From the human T2T-CHM13v2.0 reference genome, Homo sapiens, in the NCBI RefSeq assembly GCF_009914755.1, contig NC_060942.1: a DNA stretch of 64,000 nt. One strand, 5' to 3'. Under the pieces are notes generated by a model that saw only the letters and a program-made list of their open reading frames with translations, did no database searches and was not told the DNA's origin. This document shows, piece after piece, positions 41,744-55,500 of the stretch. How positions within the stretch are numbered: the stretch's first letter is position 1; each line of letters begins with the position of its first letter. A program made the translations under genes and the position numbers.

Positions 41744-42441
41744 CACCACATGGTTCTGTTCTCTCTGGGAAGATTGGCATATGTTGAGCCAAGCCGTAGT
41801 CTAACCAGCCAAGGTTCCTCACGAGGAAAGTATGCAGATCCAGGGGCTTTTGTGAATATTCTAGGAGCTCATGGCTAGTGTGGAAACTGTTCACTGCCAA
41901 GCCAGTGGCTCACCAAATTTAGACCACATCAATAGGGACCCTCGGGAGAATTGGGTTTGGTTCAGATCCTTCGTAAGACATTAAGTCAGCTTTAGAAAAT
42001 CCTTTTCTAAATCCAGAAGCTCTTGTGAAAAGAGACTTTTCCATTTACACCTGCTTGCACCCACCTGGAAGATGTCAAAACCAAATACTGTTTCACTACA
42101 GTGGGATCCACAGAAGTCATCCCATTCTACCTGAAATGCCAGTTTTCAAGCCTTAGTTGGAATAACTGCCATCTATTGCCATCACCTCCATCCCTCCACT
42201 CCCTCCACCCACACTTTTTGTAGTGCTAAAAATTCAGACTTTCCTTCCTCAGCAATTACTCTGAATTTTTTTTATTTCCTTGCTTGGCAAATAAATAAAC
42301 TCAGTTTTGTTTGAAAACAATGAAGGTGGTCCTCCATAGGGCATGGGTTAGAGGTAAACAGGACCAAGGTGGAGATGGCTGCTTTCATTACAAGCTCTTA
42401 GACAGTACTTGATACATTTATTTCAGTAATGTGTTGTTTGA

Positions 42442-42521
42442 TTAAGTTGAACCATATAGGATTTGCATTTGTATAGACCAAGAACAGCAGAATATTCAAA
42501 ATTTATGAAGTTTTACTTAGT
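42442..42521. mobile_element. MADE2 (Hsmar2-derived mariner MITE, 80 bp)
   Basis: ttaagttgaaccatataggatttgc...gaatattcaaaatttatgaagttttacttag fits MADE2 terminal repeats (TTAGGTTGAACCATATGAAATTGC). Confidence 0.7.
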
Positions 42522-43199
42522 TTAATAATTTTTCAGGCAAACCCTTATAAAGAAAAAGACTCTAGAACTTGAAGTTACCAATTAGCAATTCTCACAAATG
42601 GAATCTGTTTTGCTTTGAAGATGTGCCATATTAAAGAAGATTTCTCACATCTAAAACTAAGTAAAAGAGCTATGTGAAACTATATTCTCCAAGTATTCAT
42701 TGTTATTCAAGCCATGCATTTATTATAGCTGTTTCTCTCACTTTTTCCTTAAGAATTTATCAATTTTAAAAATACCTAATATATTATCACCATATTATGC
42801 TTATTTTTAATTATTTGCTAATTTAAAAATCTAATTAAATGGTGATGAACACTGAGACCAAAATTCTATCTTTTTAATTTGATTAAATAATGTCATTAAT
42901 TTTTGCCACACCCTTTACATGGAATGCACTCTACATTTTTATTTAGTTGAGTTCTAAAATATATATAATTAAAGTACTGATAAAATTCTCCAGTTTTGAT
43001 TTACATATTTGTAACTATATTCCTTGGTCTTTTCTAAGTAATTTCTTGATAGATCACAGTCACATTAATGTAAATTTAACTTATTATTTTTAACATTTGT
43101 CTCTGAATTTAGCTATTTTTTCCATTACCTGCATACTTTTTGCACATATCACTTTGGGTTTGTTATTTTTTTTCTTTTTAGATGTATATATACATATAC

Positions 43200-43202
<3 letters not shown>

Positions 43203-43236
<34 letters not shown>
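43203..43236. repeat. (TG)17 microsatellite
   Basis: Seen directly. Confidence 0.97.
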
Positions 43237-43237
<1 letters not shown>

Positions 43238-44274
43238 ATACTTTTTTTTTCTTCTGAGTGAATAATAACAGTAGAGTAGTATGGAGTTGTGGGAGCATGG
43301 ACAGGGTGCCAGCAGATATGATACCTAGGTGGCTTGGCTCTGTCCTAACTAGCAGGTGTGTTTGGCCAAGTCACTTTCAAATATCTCTCACTTGCTAACC
43401 TACAAAAGGAGGACTGTGTGTTGACCATTGTTTGGTTCTCCTAGTGTCAGATTTTACAATTGCATGACCTGTAGCTATACACACTCCATTTGTCTGACCA
43501 TGTAAGAAACTTACTACAAGTTATGGACACAGAACACGTAAACCCAGTGCCTCTCAGCTGGAACATCACACCATGCTGTCTTCCCTTTCAGGGCACCACA
43601 TGCCTTAAAATTTTATCGGCACCTATGGTGATTCTGAAACTACATCTGGAACTTCTAAAAGTCATTACCAAATGAAGCAATCTTATATTTTTTAAAGTGG
43701 GCCAATTGCAGACCACGCTTTGTGACTGCTGGAATTACTCCCACATAGAACCAACAACTGGGTCTAATAACCCACTCCATTGAGAAATTATAATGGCACA
43801 GTTTACCATACCATCAAAAAGTGAATTCCCAAACAACTTAATTTTAGCTCCTAGGTTCTCACTAACCAGTTTCTTTTTAAATGATGACTCAATTGCAGAA
43901 TGCTGACTAAATCCACTGTTCATTACAAAGCATCATGCTCACACACTGACTTTATAAGTAATCTGTTAAATTACGTCTTTTATCCTCTTTGGATTGTTTT
44001 TATTAATGTTTGGTTTTGAATAAATGCATAGGAATTTCCCCACTTTCCTCTCAAATATTTAGACCAGAAGTAAAAATGTGAAAGTGCCCCAGAACTGCCT
44101 TAGCACATGCTAATCACAAGTGAATACACCAGTAAGTTATACCCATCCACTCAGTCTGTTAATTGACCACTAACAAGCATGGTGGACATTCAGAAATCAA
44201 ACACATATATTAAGCTTCACATTGCTCATATCTTGATTATTATGGCATTGGCTTCTGTAAATAAGTTGTTATAA

Positions 44275-45075
44275 TTTATGACACTGAATTTTTACCGTAT
44301 CTGGCAGCTGGAACTATGGAACAATGAATTAATTGATTGGTTTTCATGAACTTCAATGAAGAAACAAAACCAATTGGTCTATATGTCATAGCATTTTTGG
44401 TTAAGACTGATATCAGGTTTGTGGTTGTTATATGTGTTGGTGCATTTAAAAATCGTTTGCATTTTAAAGTACTTCTAATAATTTTTAGATATGTTTGTTT
44501 TTAAATACTTGACATGGTGAAGCAGGACTAGATTTTGTCAGTGGTACAGATGGTGCATAAAGGTTACTGGACAACAATTTGCTCATTGAAAGCAATTATA
44601 TGACAAGGAAAAGAAATTATGCTTGGAAACCATGGCATTATACATTATATATTGAAATTATGTCTGGAAACCATGGCATTATACACCATATATTGAGAAA
44701 GGGGTTACTCACTTGAACACTCTTGAGAGCATTTATAATCTAAAGCTCAGTTACAAGTTTTGGTCTCAGAAATCAAGGACCTTTCCCAAAGACATGTAAC
44801 AACGGAAAATACCACTTATTGACCAGAAAAGAGAATTTCATTGGCTAAGGAAGTTGATTTGAATGGTGGGTTAAAGTTATGTCAAACTAACCGAGGCATA
44901 TAAAGTTTGTATTTATAACTTAACTGTGATGTCTATTGCTTGCTTGCTAAGAATATATTTCAGGATTTTTTCTGTATTTTTTTTAATCCAACAAAAGTAA
45001 TATCAAGAGGTCTTCTCATTTCAGATGATATGTTTTGGAAGTCACCTTTTTGTTGGCTCTGAACAAACCTGTACG
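44275..45075 (+). mobile_element. Probable very old hAT (Charlie-like) transposase remnant
   Basis: Degenerate motifs in the expected order: D-T-x-x-R-I, VSGTDGA (gtcagtggtacagatggtgca), and gaatttcattggcta resembling EVRWL. Confidence 0.4.
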
Positions 45076-45086
45076 TTCTTGATAGG

Positions 45087-45455
45087 AAAAAAAGTCATTA
45101 TATGAAAAATATACTTGCACATGCATGTTTATAACAGCACAAATTGCAATTGCAAAGATATGGAACCAGCCCAAATGCCCATCAATCAAGTGGATTAAAA
45201 AAAAAACCTGTATGTTATAGTCTCACTCATAAGTGGGAGCTAAGCCATGAGGATGCAAAGGCATAAGAATGATCCATTGGACTTTGGAGACTCAGGGTGA
45301 AAGGTTGGGAAGGGGGTGAGGGATAAACGACTAGAAGGTGGGCTCAGTGTATACTACTCGAGTGATGGGTGCACCAAAATTTCAGAAATCACCACTAAAG
45401 AACTTACTCATGTCACCAAATACCACCCATGGAAAACCCAAAAACCTATGGAAGT
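45087..45455 (+). mobile_element. L1PB-like 3' end with internal deletion
   Basis: acttgcacatgcatgtttataacagcacaaattgcaattgcaaagatatggaaccagccc; ctcactcataagtgggagctaagc; gggtgcaccaaaatttcagaaatcaccactaaagaactt. Confidence 0.9.
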
Positions 45456-45654
45456 CATTTTTTAAAAGAGAGTGAGAGATCACTAATTACAGTGGCCAAT
45501 GTTTTCTGTAGTTGTGGTCAAGTCACCATGTAAGAAGTGGTAGTATGTGTAAGAAGTGGGAGTATACGTCTTTCTTAAAACTGACATTACAAATATATGG
45601 AGTCAAGGTATCTCACACATTCAAATCCTTCGAAAATCTGCTCTCTATACCTGC

Positions 45655-45687
45655 TCTTTCTTTCTCTCTCTCTCTCTCTCTCTCTTG

Positions 45688-45722
<35 letters not shown>

Positions 45723-45910
45723 ATATATATATATATTCCTTTTGTATATATATGTGTATATATGTATTATATGTGTATATATATTATATATGTGTATATA
45801 TATTACATATATGTATATATATTATATATGTGTATATATATATTATATGTGTATATATATAAAAGGTATTTATATATAAATTTATATATAAATACCTTTT
45901 ATTATATAAG
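45655..45910. repeat. (CT)n(TA)n compound microsatellite ending in a 44-bp perfect palindrome
   Basis: Seen directly. Confidence 0.95.
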
Positions 45911-45929
45911 TAAAAGAGGGAAAGTTTGT

Positions 45930-48900
45930 TCCACACTAACTCCAATCTCTACTTTATTTGTGCTATTTTTGCCATATATATATCTATTACATATTTGTGT
46001 TCAAAACCCACCATTAGAGATTTATAATTACAGTTTCATATCATCTTACATGTATTAAAGAAATAAGATAAAAAATTCTACATTAATTTTCTTATTTTTC
46101 ATTCCAGTAGCCTTCATTTGTTCCTGCAGACTCGTGCTACTATTTGATGGCACCTCTTTGCTCCACTGAGTCTTTCTTCCCTTCAGCATTCTACGTATTA
46201 TACTGTCAAATTAATCTCCCTCTCCTACAGCTTCAAAAATTCAATTTTATTGATCCTGTCTGATATGGTTTGGCTGTGTCCCCACCCAAATCTCATCTTG
46301 AACTGTAGTTCCCATCATCCTCATTTGTTGTGGGAGGGACCCAGTGGGAGGTAAATAAATCATGAAAGAGGTGATCCCCATGTTGTTCTCGTGATAGTGA
46401 GTTCTCACAAGATCTGATGGTTTTACAAGGAGCTTTTTCCCACTTTGCTCAGCATGTCTCCTTCCTGTTGTCACATGAAGGACATGTTTGCTTCCCCTTC
46501 CACAACGATTGTAAGTTTCCTGAGGCCTTCCCAGCCATGCTGAACTATGAGTCAATTGAACCTCTTTCCTTTATAAATTACCCAGTCTCAGGTATGTTTT
46601 TATTAGCAGTGTGGGAATGGACAAAATACACTGCCTTCTGCTATTGTTTTTTAAAAAAATAATGAAGAGAAGAAAGAGGAATGTGCAGTTACACAGTGCT
46701 TTGTCATTACTATGAGATTACTTTTACTGGTGTCCTTTGTTTATTTATGTGACTGAAATCACTGTCCTGTATTACTTCTCAGTTGGAATAACTTCCTTTA
46801 GTATTTCTTTAAGGCATGTGCACTGATAAATGAACCCTGTCAGTTTTCTTTATTTTAAAATGTCATTATTTCAACTTTATTGATATTAACTTTTCATTTC
46901 CCTGGTTATAGAATTTTTATTTGATAGTTTTGTTGTGGGTGTGTGTTTTCCTTAAGCATGTTAAATATGGCATTCCACTACCTTCTGACCTCCATTATTT
47001 CTAGTGACAAGTCCACTGTTAATCTTAGTAAGTTTAATTTTAAGTGATGAATTCTTCTCTCTTATTGTCTTAAAATATTTTTTCTCTATCTTTGTCCTTT
47101 AATATTTTGACTGTGATATGTCTATATGTGAGTCCTTGTTGTTACTCTACTTCGAGTTTAAGATTCTTTTTTATGTCAAGTGTAGATTTTTGTTTTTCAT
47201 CATATTTAGGACATTTTCATCATAGTTGTGAATGTTTCTCCTAACCCTTTCTTTCTTCACCTCATTATGTGTATTACACTAATTATGTATATGTTGATGT
47301 GCTTAACGTTGTCGCACAAGTCTCTGAGGCTCTCTTCATTTTTATTCAATCTCTTTTTCTATTTTTCAGGTTTTATAATCTCTAGTGATCTTTATTCAAG
47401 CTCACTAACTTCTTTTTTCTGAAAGCACAAATGTATTGTTGAGCTTAGTAAATTTTTCTGTAACTTACTGTTTGACTCCAGAATTATCATGTGACTTTTG
47501 TAAATTCTAGATTTATTAATTCCTTACTAATAAGCTCTTTTAATGAATCATTGTCATTATATTTGTCTCTTAATTTTTTAATAATAATTTCCTGTAGTTC
47601 TTTGTGTATATTTATACTAGTTGCATTAAAATATCTTTCTGGTAAACCCAACATCACGTCCTCTTAATGGCAATTTCTACAGCCTTATTTTTGTTCCTAT
47701 ACAATAATCAGATTATTCTATTTGCAAGTCTTATAATTTTTTTGTTATAAAGTGGACATTTTAGATATTATATCATGAAAATTCCAGATTTTAATTATTC
47801 CTACTCCCCCACGTAGATGTTGGTGTTGCTGTTTCTTAATTGTTTCTTGTTATTTATTTAGTTGTTTTGCTGGACTAATTCAGCAAAGTCTGTTTTTCCT
47901 GAAGTGTGCAGCTTCAATGTTTCTGTTCATTTTTATCTCTTTTTAAAAAATTTCTAATTTTAAACTTAGATTCCCAGAAGTCTCCCCTGGGTCATCATAG
48001 CTTAAAGTTTAGCCAGTGATTGGTCAGTTTTACCTAAGCCTTTCAATTTTGCTCATAGATCTGTGTGGAATGGATAATGCTTTCCAGTTGACCCTTTGTT
48101 CAGCCAGAAACGAATCACTCTCAGATGCCTGCTCTGTTTGCTCATGAGTGGACACACCTAGTGCATACGCACAGCATTTCAGACTCTCAAAGATGTAACC
48201 ATATCAGGGGCCTTTTAGCTATCTTCTTCCCTGGTCCTTTTTGTTCAAGTTCTGAGTGGTATGTTCACTTGCTTGTTGCTACTAATTTCATAAACCATCA
48301 GCCTTCTCTTAATTGCTCACCTCTAATATCTCTATTAATTTTTGATAAAGCCTTAAGGCCTGAATTCATTTATGCCATATTCCTATAAAGTCCACTTCCT
48401 CAGTAGAGCTGGGTGAACCTCTGTGCCACTGCACCAGAGCTGGAGGTGGGGTGAGGGTGGCCTGCTCTTACTGGAGAGAACACTCCTACCTTGCAACAGA
48501 GAGTTGGAAGGATGGTTGCCCCTTCTTGGTTTGCCTCTTCCATCATGGAGCCTATGACATATGAGTGGAAGTCTGGTAATGGTGGTAGGGAGCGATTGAT
48601 AATTAAATATTTTTGGCTTGATGCACTTAGATCCTATAATCTACAGGTGGGAGTTGAGTGGCTGAAACAAGTCCCAGTTTTCTTGTGCATACCCACCCAG
48701 AGAAGATTTTCTACAACAGAGCTTGAAAGACATGCAAGATGCTGGCGGCTCCCTTCCAGGGCAAAACTGTAGCCTTATATCTAGAAGCTGGGGGAAAGGG
48801 AACCCTTACATTGTAAGCACCCATCCTGAGTAATTCCCACAACAGGGAGCTTGTGAAGATGGTGGAAGGGGCATGTTATGGCTCAATGGCAGTCTCACTC

Positions 48901-49075
48901 CATTCTTAATGAGGTTTATCAGGTTTTCCAGGATAAGTTCTTCTCAATTTGCTGGTATGTCCTTAAGTCAAGTCCCAGAAACTTTAAATGTATGTGTTTT
49001 ATAATTTTCACCAGTGAAATGGTTGTTTCATTGAGAAAAGGATCTGCCAATCTCCTCACATAACCATTTCAACTC
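45930..49075 (-). mobile_element. Old L1M 5'UTR/ORF1 region, antisense, interrupted by THE1
   Basis: Antisense ORF1 motifs ttccactaccttctgacctccattatttctagtgacaagtccactgttaatctt and aagtctctgaggctctcttcattt. Confidence 0.7.
46261..46630 (+). mobile_element. THE1 (THE1C/D-like) solo LTR
   Basis: tgatatggtttggctgtgtccccacccaaatctcatcttgaa...ataaattacccagtctcaggtatg...aataca; 5-bp TSD ctgtc/ctgcc. Confidence 0.95.
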
Positions 49076-49112
49076 TTCTAACAACATTCTTTATTGGTTC
49101 TCGATGACATTA

Positions 49113-49523
49113 TGATTGTGGTCAGATTCCATTACGTGGGAAGATCTGACATGGAGATTAGCACCAGAAGTTTATGATGGTGCATTCTGAGGACTTGTCA
49201 GAGGAGGGAGAGGAGCAGTATTTGACAGAGTGTTGGGCTGTGATGTAGTTATAATGAAGTCCTCAGCTGACCAAAAAGTTGAGATGGCCCTCAAAGTTGT
49301 CCTGAAGGAGGTACCCTTTATGTGCTCCACATCAGCAAAACACTGGGCATAAGCTAAACCTAGAAAGTGGTCAGGATCTCAGTGAGATGGCTGTATTTAG
49401 CAGCAACAATTCTGGAGAGAGTGACAGCCATTGGGCATGAGCCAGTATCACACTCCTCAGCTGGGAGAAGAGGTTCTTCAGACCAGAACTGGGGCTCTGA
49501 GAGAAGCTGCTCAGTCTCCAGCA
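49113..49523 (-). mobile_element. LTR16-like (ERVL) solo LTR
   Basis: tctgacatggagattagcaccagaagttta...gatggccctcaaagttgtcc...cactcctcagctggg matches antisense LTR16 as recalled. Confidence 0.7.
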
Positions 49524-52500
49524 AAGTCACTCTAATACTGTGGAAATCAAGCATGGATTTATTTAAATTAATCTTGTTTACTTGCTGTACTTCCTATGTA
49601 AAGTCCAGGATTTATGTATTTTATCAATTCTGAGAAATTTTCCTTCATTAGATTTTGTAATGTAACCTCTTCCCAATTATCTCTATTCACTCTCTCTGAC
49701 ATTTCTTTCTAATATCTCCTCTACTGTGTGGTGTATTTGTATAAGGCAAAGCCCTACCAAATAAATGGGGTGAAAACACTCCAATTGTGAAAATTCAGGG
49801 TTCCGTTACTGTGAAGTCAATAAAAATCAATAATTTTCAGTCTGTACTATTGCAAAAGGAATAAAAGTACAGATTAGTGTAATTTATACTATGTACAACT
49901 GGATGTAGTATAAACTAAGAAAGTGCTAAATGTCACAATTTTATTATTTCCTAATAATATCTATCCTTAACCCAGCTCCCATTAAAAACAAACAGCAAAC
50001 AAACAAAAATGCCAGGAGATAACGAAGGAAGCCACATCACTGAAGCCCTGTGGCTGGTCAAAAGACAAGTGCCAGTTTTCAAGTGTGTCCTGCTGGACTC
50101 TGCACGATCTTGGATGTTTGCCGTACTCCATTCTTATCCATACTAAGGTATGCTTAGAGATTTGGGGCTTTTAAATAGTCCGTCAATCATTTTTAATCAA
50201 TAGTATACTTTAAAAATTATTGGTGTTTTAGTATCTGCTAATATAATGTCCCCTTATATTTTGAAATATGTTCTTAGCTAGTCTTGGATGAGATGTAGAA
50301 AGGGAGATCCTCATGGGACCAGGGGAAGTATCCAAGCGAAAGACAACACTTCCCGCTGTCTCAGAGCTTACAGAGATCAGGTGTGTGCTATTCATATTTC
50401 AGCTTTTGGCAAACCTTGAGTCTCTGCACTGGGATAGGAAGTGGGAGAATGAAGAGTGCTTCTAATTGCCTTTAGACACACAAACTTGCATTCTTCTGCC
50501 AACATAGCACAATGTGGCACATTAAAAAAAATCCAGTTGTTTTACCTTTGCAGTTAGTGGAAATTCCACCCACATCCGGCAAATAGATTGGCTTCCAGTG
50601 TTTGGTGATGACATAACATTTCATCATATTCTTTGTTTTCATAGGTACTTCAGTGTGAAGTTAGTCTGGGCTATCTGTAGGACATTTAGAAGCCATTTTC
50701 AATTGGAAAACCTTTCCCTTTTGGGAATGTATTTTATTTCCCAAATAATTTTGATATATTGCACATCTGTTAATAAATTTACTTTTAAAAGTTATTTAAT
50801 ATGAAAATGAATTTTATTTTTTAAAGAGGGATGCATGTATTATATTATAATGTCATTTTTAGAACACATTTTCTTTCAATTTCTTATGCTCTATTCTGGG
50901 CTTAAGCATGTTCTTATTTAATCTGCTGAAATCTCAGGGAAAAAAAAGTCTCCATTGGTATTGAAACAAGATTTATAATAAAACAGTACAGGTATAAGTT
51001 TTGACACGTCCAATTGCAGACACATTTCTCTTCCCCTGTGTCCAGACTTTAATCAGGATCTTTTGTTGTACAATGAAAGCTGGGCAAGGCCCACTATTTT
51101 GTAGACATGTGCACATCCAGATCCTTCATAATATTAGTTAAAATCAATGTGCTGCTTTTTTAATTATTGCTCATGGTACAAAGCAGGGAAGGCTCATTTA
51201 GGAATGGATCGATATTGAAAAGGGATTGGTAGACGGCAGAGCAGTACATCAGGCGGCTTGATGTGAAAATCATTGGGTCTGTGCTGTGGTGGTTCAGAGT
51301 TATCCGTCTGGTTAGCCCCCAGCTGGCTGGGGGCGACGTAATAGGCAAACCTTCCACAAACCAGTGCTCCTTGCTGGGATGCTCCTGGAGGAGCTGCTAC
51401 CTGGCATAAAGCATCATACACATCTTCAGAAAGAGGCGATTAAGACAGGCTGCCTCTGTCTGGCTTTTATTGATCACATGTAGCAAAGTTTGAATGTAGT
51501 GGAAGACTCATTTTCTTTATTCTTCGGGGAGTGTTTTTTTCTTAAGCTCCTGGATTTTGATAAGCAGACAGATATAAACTATTCTGAATGCTGCGTGAGT
51601 GTGAAGATGTGTAACATGTCTTCAGCAGACACCTAGGTATAGAGAGGAGCAAAGCAGAGAGAAGCCGCAGGGGTACAGAATGGTGGGGAGGAACTTAAAC
51701 CTCCAGTCAGTGCCAGGGGACCCAGGCCATGTCAGCACCAACCAGAACTTTTCATTCTTGCTTATATCTCACACATTCACACTGAAAACATTCTGGAAAC
51801 AAACTTAAAAAATTCCATAATCTTAGGGGCTGTAACAACATCACTAATGCATACCCACATAGCTGGTTGTCTAAATCTACCCATATTAACACATACATAT
51901 TTTCGGATGGTAGTTATGGGTTATCACTTAGTTATTTCAGATAAGTGGATTATGCCACATTTTTACCTGTTTGGATTGATTATTGTGTAAATTAGTGAAA
52001 TATACTTTAGATTAGATAATAATTTTATTAATTCATTAGACTGTAAATTGCAGAAGGACATCATGTGGCTTTGACAAGCAGAGAGAAGGTGCTGTGGTTT
52101 TGTGCAGCTTGAGGCAGCCCCCGGCTCACCGAGGGCCGGTTGGTGGTGACAGACCTGCTTTCAAAGAGCTGTCCCTCTCTCCATGGTCAAGCTTGCGAGG
52201 CCACCTCCAGGCTGGGAGGCTGCGCGGGCACCCTGGCTGTGAGGATGCGGCCAGGAATGGGCACTGCCTCACAGACCGTGCTTAGCATCAATGGGATTGA
52301 TTTCCAGTCACCACTGACGCTTGATTGGTAAACCTTCTATTTTTTTTTTTATGTTTTAATGATCGCCTGCTGTTTATTTTAATTTATTGTTCCTTGGCTA
52401 ATAATTTGACTTACCAGATGGTCTGATTTTTGACTCCCCGCCAACATTAATAGTAATTTCTTTTTTAAAGTTAAGATAATGGTCAGGTAAATTGAGCAAG

Positions 52501-52538
52501 AGAAATCATAGACCCTTGAAAAAAACAACTGTAGATTT

Positions 52539-52575
52539 ACACACATACACACATACACACACACACACACACACA
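52539..52575. repeat. (CA)n microsatellite
   Basis: Seen directly. Confidence 0.95.
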
Positions 52576-55500
52576 GCATTTGCAACGTCTAGCGAAAGCA
52601 TAATCATGATATTTTACAATTTTACATTAAGCTGTGAAATATAAAAACCAGTTATACGAATGCTGGCAAATATATAAATTAATATCAGCGAATGAGAGAA
52701 AAAGCACAAAGATAAAAAGAGAGAGGTGATTGTAATTTAAGGAAATCCACTATACAATATAAAATATAAATGTTAAATGCATATGTAAACTAACATCTGA
52801 TGAATCCATTTAAAAAAGGTTCTTGGTTTTGCAAAATAATCCTCACGAGACGTCTTTAAATGCTGGGTTCCCAAAGGTTTGTGGCTACTCATGGTAAAAA
52901 TGGGTGGCCTGTCTCTCTCTCTCTCTCTCTGTCATTGTCTCTCTCACATTCTGTTTGGCCTAGCTTTATTTTACTTTATCGTTTTTATTTATTAGCTTTG
53001 ATTTTTTTCGTTTATATATGTAATCTTTTTTCCCCTTTCAATTTATCTAAGAACTTACTTAAGGAAATGAGTTTATCAATCTGATTGATTGGCCTTACAG
53101 TCCAAACTTGCTCTGCAATGGGCTGGACCCACCCCCGACCCCTCACCCTCCTGTGTGTGGTGACACTTTCCGCTGTCCCTTTCCTGGGCATATTCTCACT
53201 AATACCAGATGTCACATTGGCATCTGTTCTGAGGAAAGGTAAAATATGAAGGAGCCACTAGATCTTTATAAAAGCTTGATGGAAAACACTTAATGCTAAG
53301 TTTACATGGTGGAAAATAATAAGGAAAGAAAAATAAGGAAGAATTCATCATATTCGTGATAGATTCTAAAATAAAGCACCAAACACAGTAAAAGAAACAT
53401 AATTTTTGCAATAACATGAAATTATTAGGACCACAAATATGAAGCCATTGGGGGAGATTAAATAGTCATTTATATGTTATTTGTGAAGTTAATTAATTTC
53501 TTGTCATCCAGCATTTACCAAGTGCCCAGCCACAGAGGAAACACTGCCTCAGAGTGTGCACTAGGGTGGACAAGCTGGTGAAATTCCCACCGTGCAAATG
53601 GTAATTCCTCATTAGATTTCCATCAATCTGGTGGGCTAAGGTTACATGAATGTATTTCTGATACAAACCCTAGAAATGTTAGGTAAAATGCTGAATAAAG
53701 TTATTTTAGTTGCAATGCTGATCTTACAAAAATAAAGAGAGCCCAGGCGCTTGCTTGTTAGAAGATCTGAAAATAGGAGCTGTGAGCATGAGGCTGAGAC
53801 CATCTGATGGTGGGGACTGCAAGGTTGTTTCGAAGGCTCTATTGCCGGTGAAGACATAGAGGTGTGCTCTCCAGCTTGCACAGTTGGGTGTTGGGCCTGA
53901 GGCAATTGCTTTTGCCAGAGCCCTTGCAAGGTTACAACTTAGTAAAACTGTTGACGAGAAAAAAAATGACAATTTACCCAAGAAAACAAAAGGAAAGGTC
54001 CTGCTCCTCCCAAGCCGTGGGTGAAAAAGAAGCAAAGGTATCTCCTGAGAATTTGGAACCATAGCTCTGCATGCTTCGTGGATTGGGTATTTGCATTTAT
54101 TCTACTAACTAGGTTAAGAAAATATTATGATAGTTGATGCTGGGCCAGTAATAATGTCCTGTGATCAAATGAGGAAAAAACAATAACTTTCTAAAGTACA
54201 GTTGCACAACCCAGACTACAAGTAGTTGGCACAGAAAAAAAAAACTAGCCTGTTTAAATACGAAAATACAGTCAAAATGGAAAAACCCAATCATAACAAA
54301 AAAGCATAACTAAGATCCCAGCCGATACAACCAGTGGTATTAAAAACACCATAATAAGATTTCCAAATAACAAAGTAACAATCAGAATAAAAATATAAAA
54401 TGACCCTGTCCAGAGAGGACTTGACTTTAATCACTTCTATTCAACACTATACTGGGGATTCTGGCAAGAAAAAGAAATAAAAAGCATCCATATGAGAAAC
54501 TGTAAAGTCAAACTTTATTTGAAGGCAACATGATCATCTACAGAGAAAGTTGGATGGAATCTACTGAGAAGCAACAAGAATTGACAAGTAAGTTAGTTAG
54601 CAAGTTTGCAGAATAAAAGATTGGAATGCAAAAATCCATTGTATTTTCATATACTATCAATGAACAATTGAACATTAAAATTTAAAATATGGTTTACAAT
54701 TGTATCAAACATTAAGAAATATTTAGGAATAAATTTAACAAAAGATGCACAACGCCTATATACTGAAAAAGTTTCCTGGAGAAATTAGAGAAGATTTAAA
54801 TAAATGGAGAGTTATACAATGTCCATGCTTCAGAAGAGTCAATATATTTAAGATGTCAATTCTCTGCAAATTGGTCTATAGATCCAACACATTCCCAATC
54901 AAAATCTAATCAGAGTTTTTGTAGAAACTGATATGCTGATTGCAAAATTCATGTGGAAATGCATGACACCCAGAACAGCCAAAAAAACTTGTAAAAAGAA
55001 CAAGCTGAAATCACAACATTAGCTGATCTCAAGTCTTACTATAAAGCTACGTTAATCAGAATGACAAGGTATTGGTTGAAAGATAGACAAGTGGATCTGT
55101 AAAACAGAATAGTTGAGCCATAAAAAAACAAGAAAAATTAACTCTAAATGAATGACCTAATTTTAAATCCTTAAATGCTAATGCTTCTAGAAGAAAATGT
55201 AAGAGGAAATCTTTGCATCTTGGGTTAGGCAAATAATTTATAAATATTACACAAAAGCATGATCCATAAAATAAAAAAAATGATAATATTGAACCTCCTC
55301 AAAGTTAAACACTTCTGCTCTGAAATCCAATGCCAAAACAATTTTCAAAGTATATAGACTGTGAGAATAGTTGGCAAAGAACATATCTAATAAAGGACGT
55401 ATATCCAGAAATATAAAAATTTCTCAAAGCCCAATAAAATGAAAACAAACAACTCAATTAAAAAATGAGCAAAAGCTTTGAACAGACATTTTATCAAGGA

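Noticed and set aside
41750-42340. Possible old LTR (AATAAA-containing end)
   Set aside because: I could not assign termini or a family by eye
46510-46545. PRDM9 hotspot motif in THE1
   Set aside because: The sequence is ccttcccagccat, not the CCTCCCTNNCCAC hot motif
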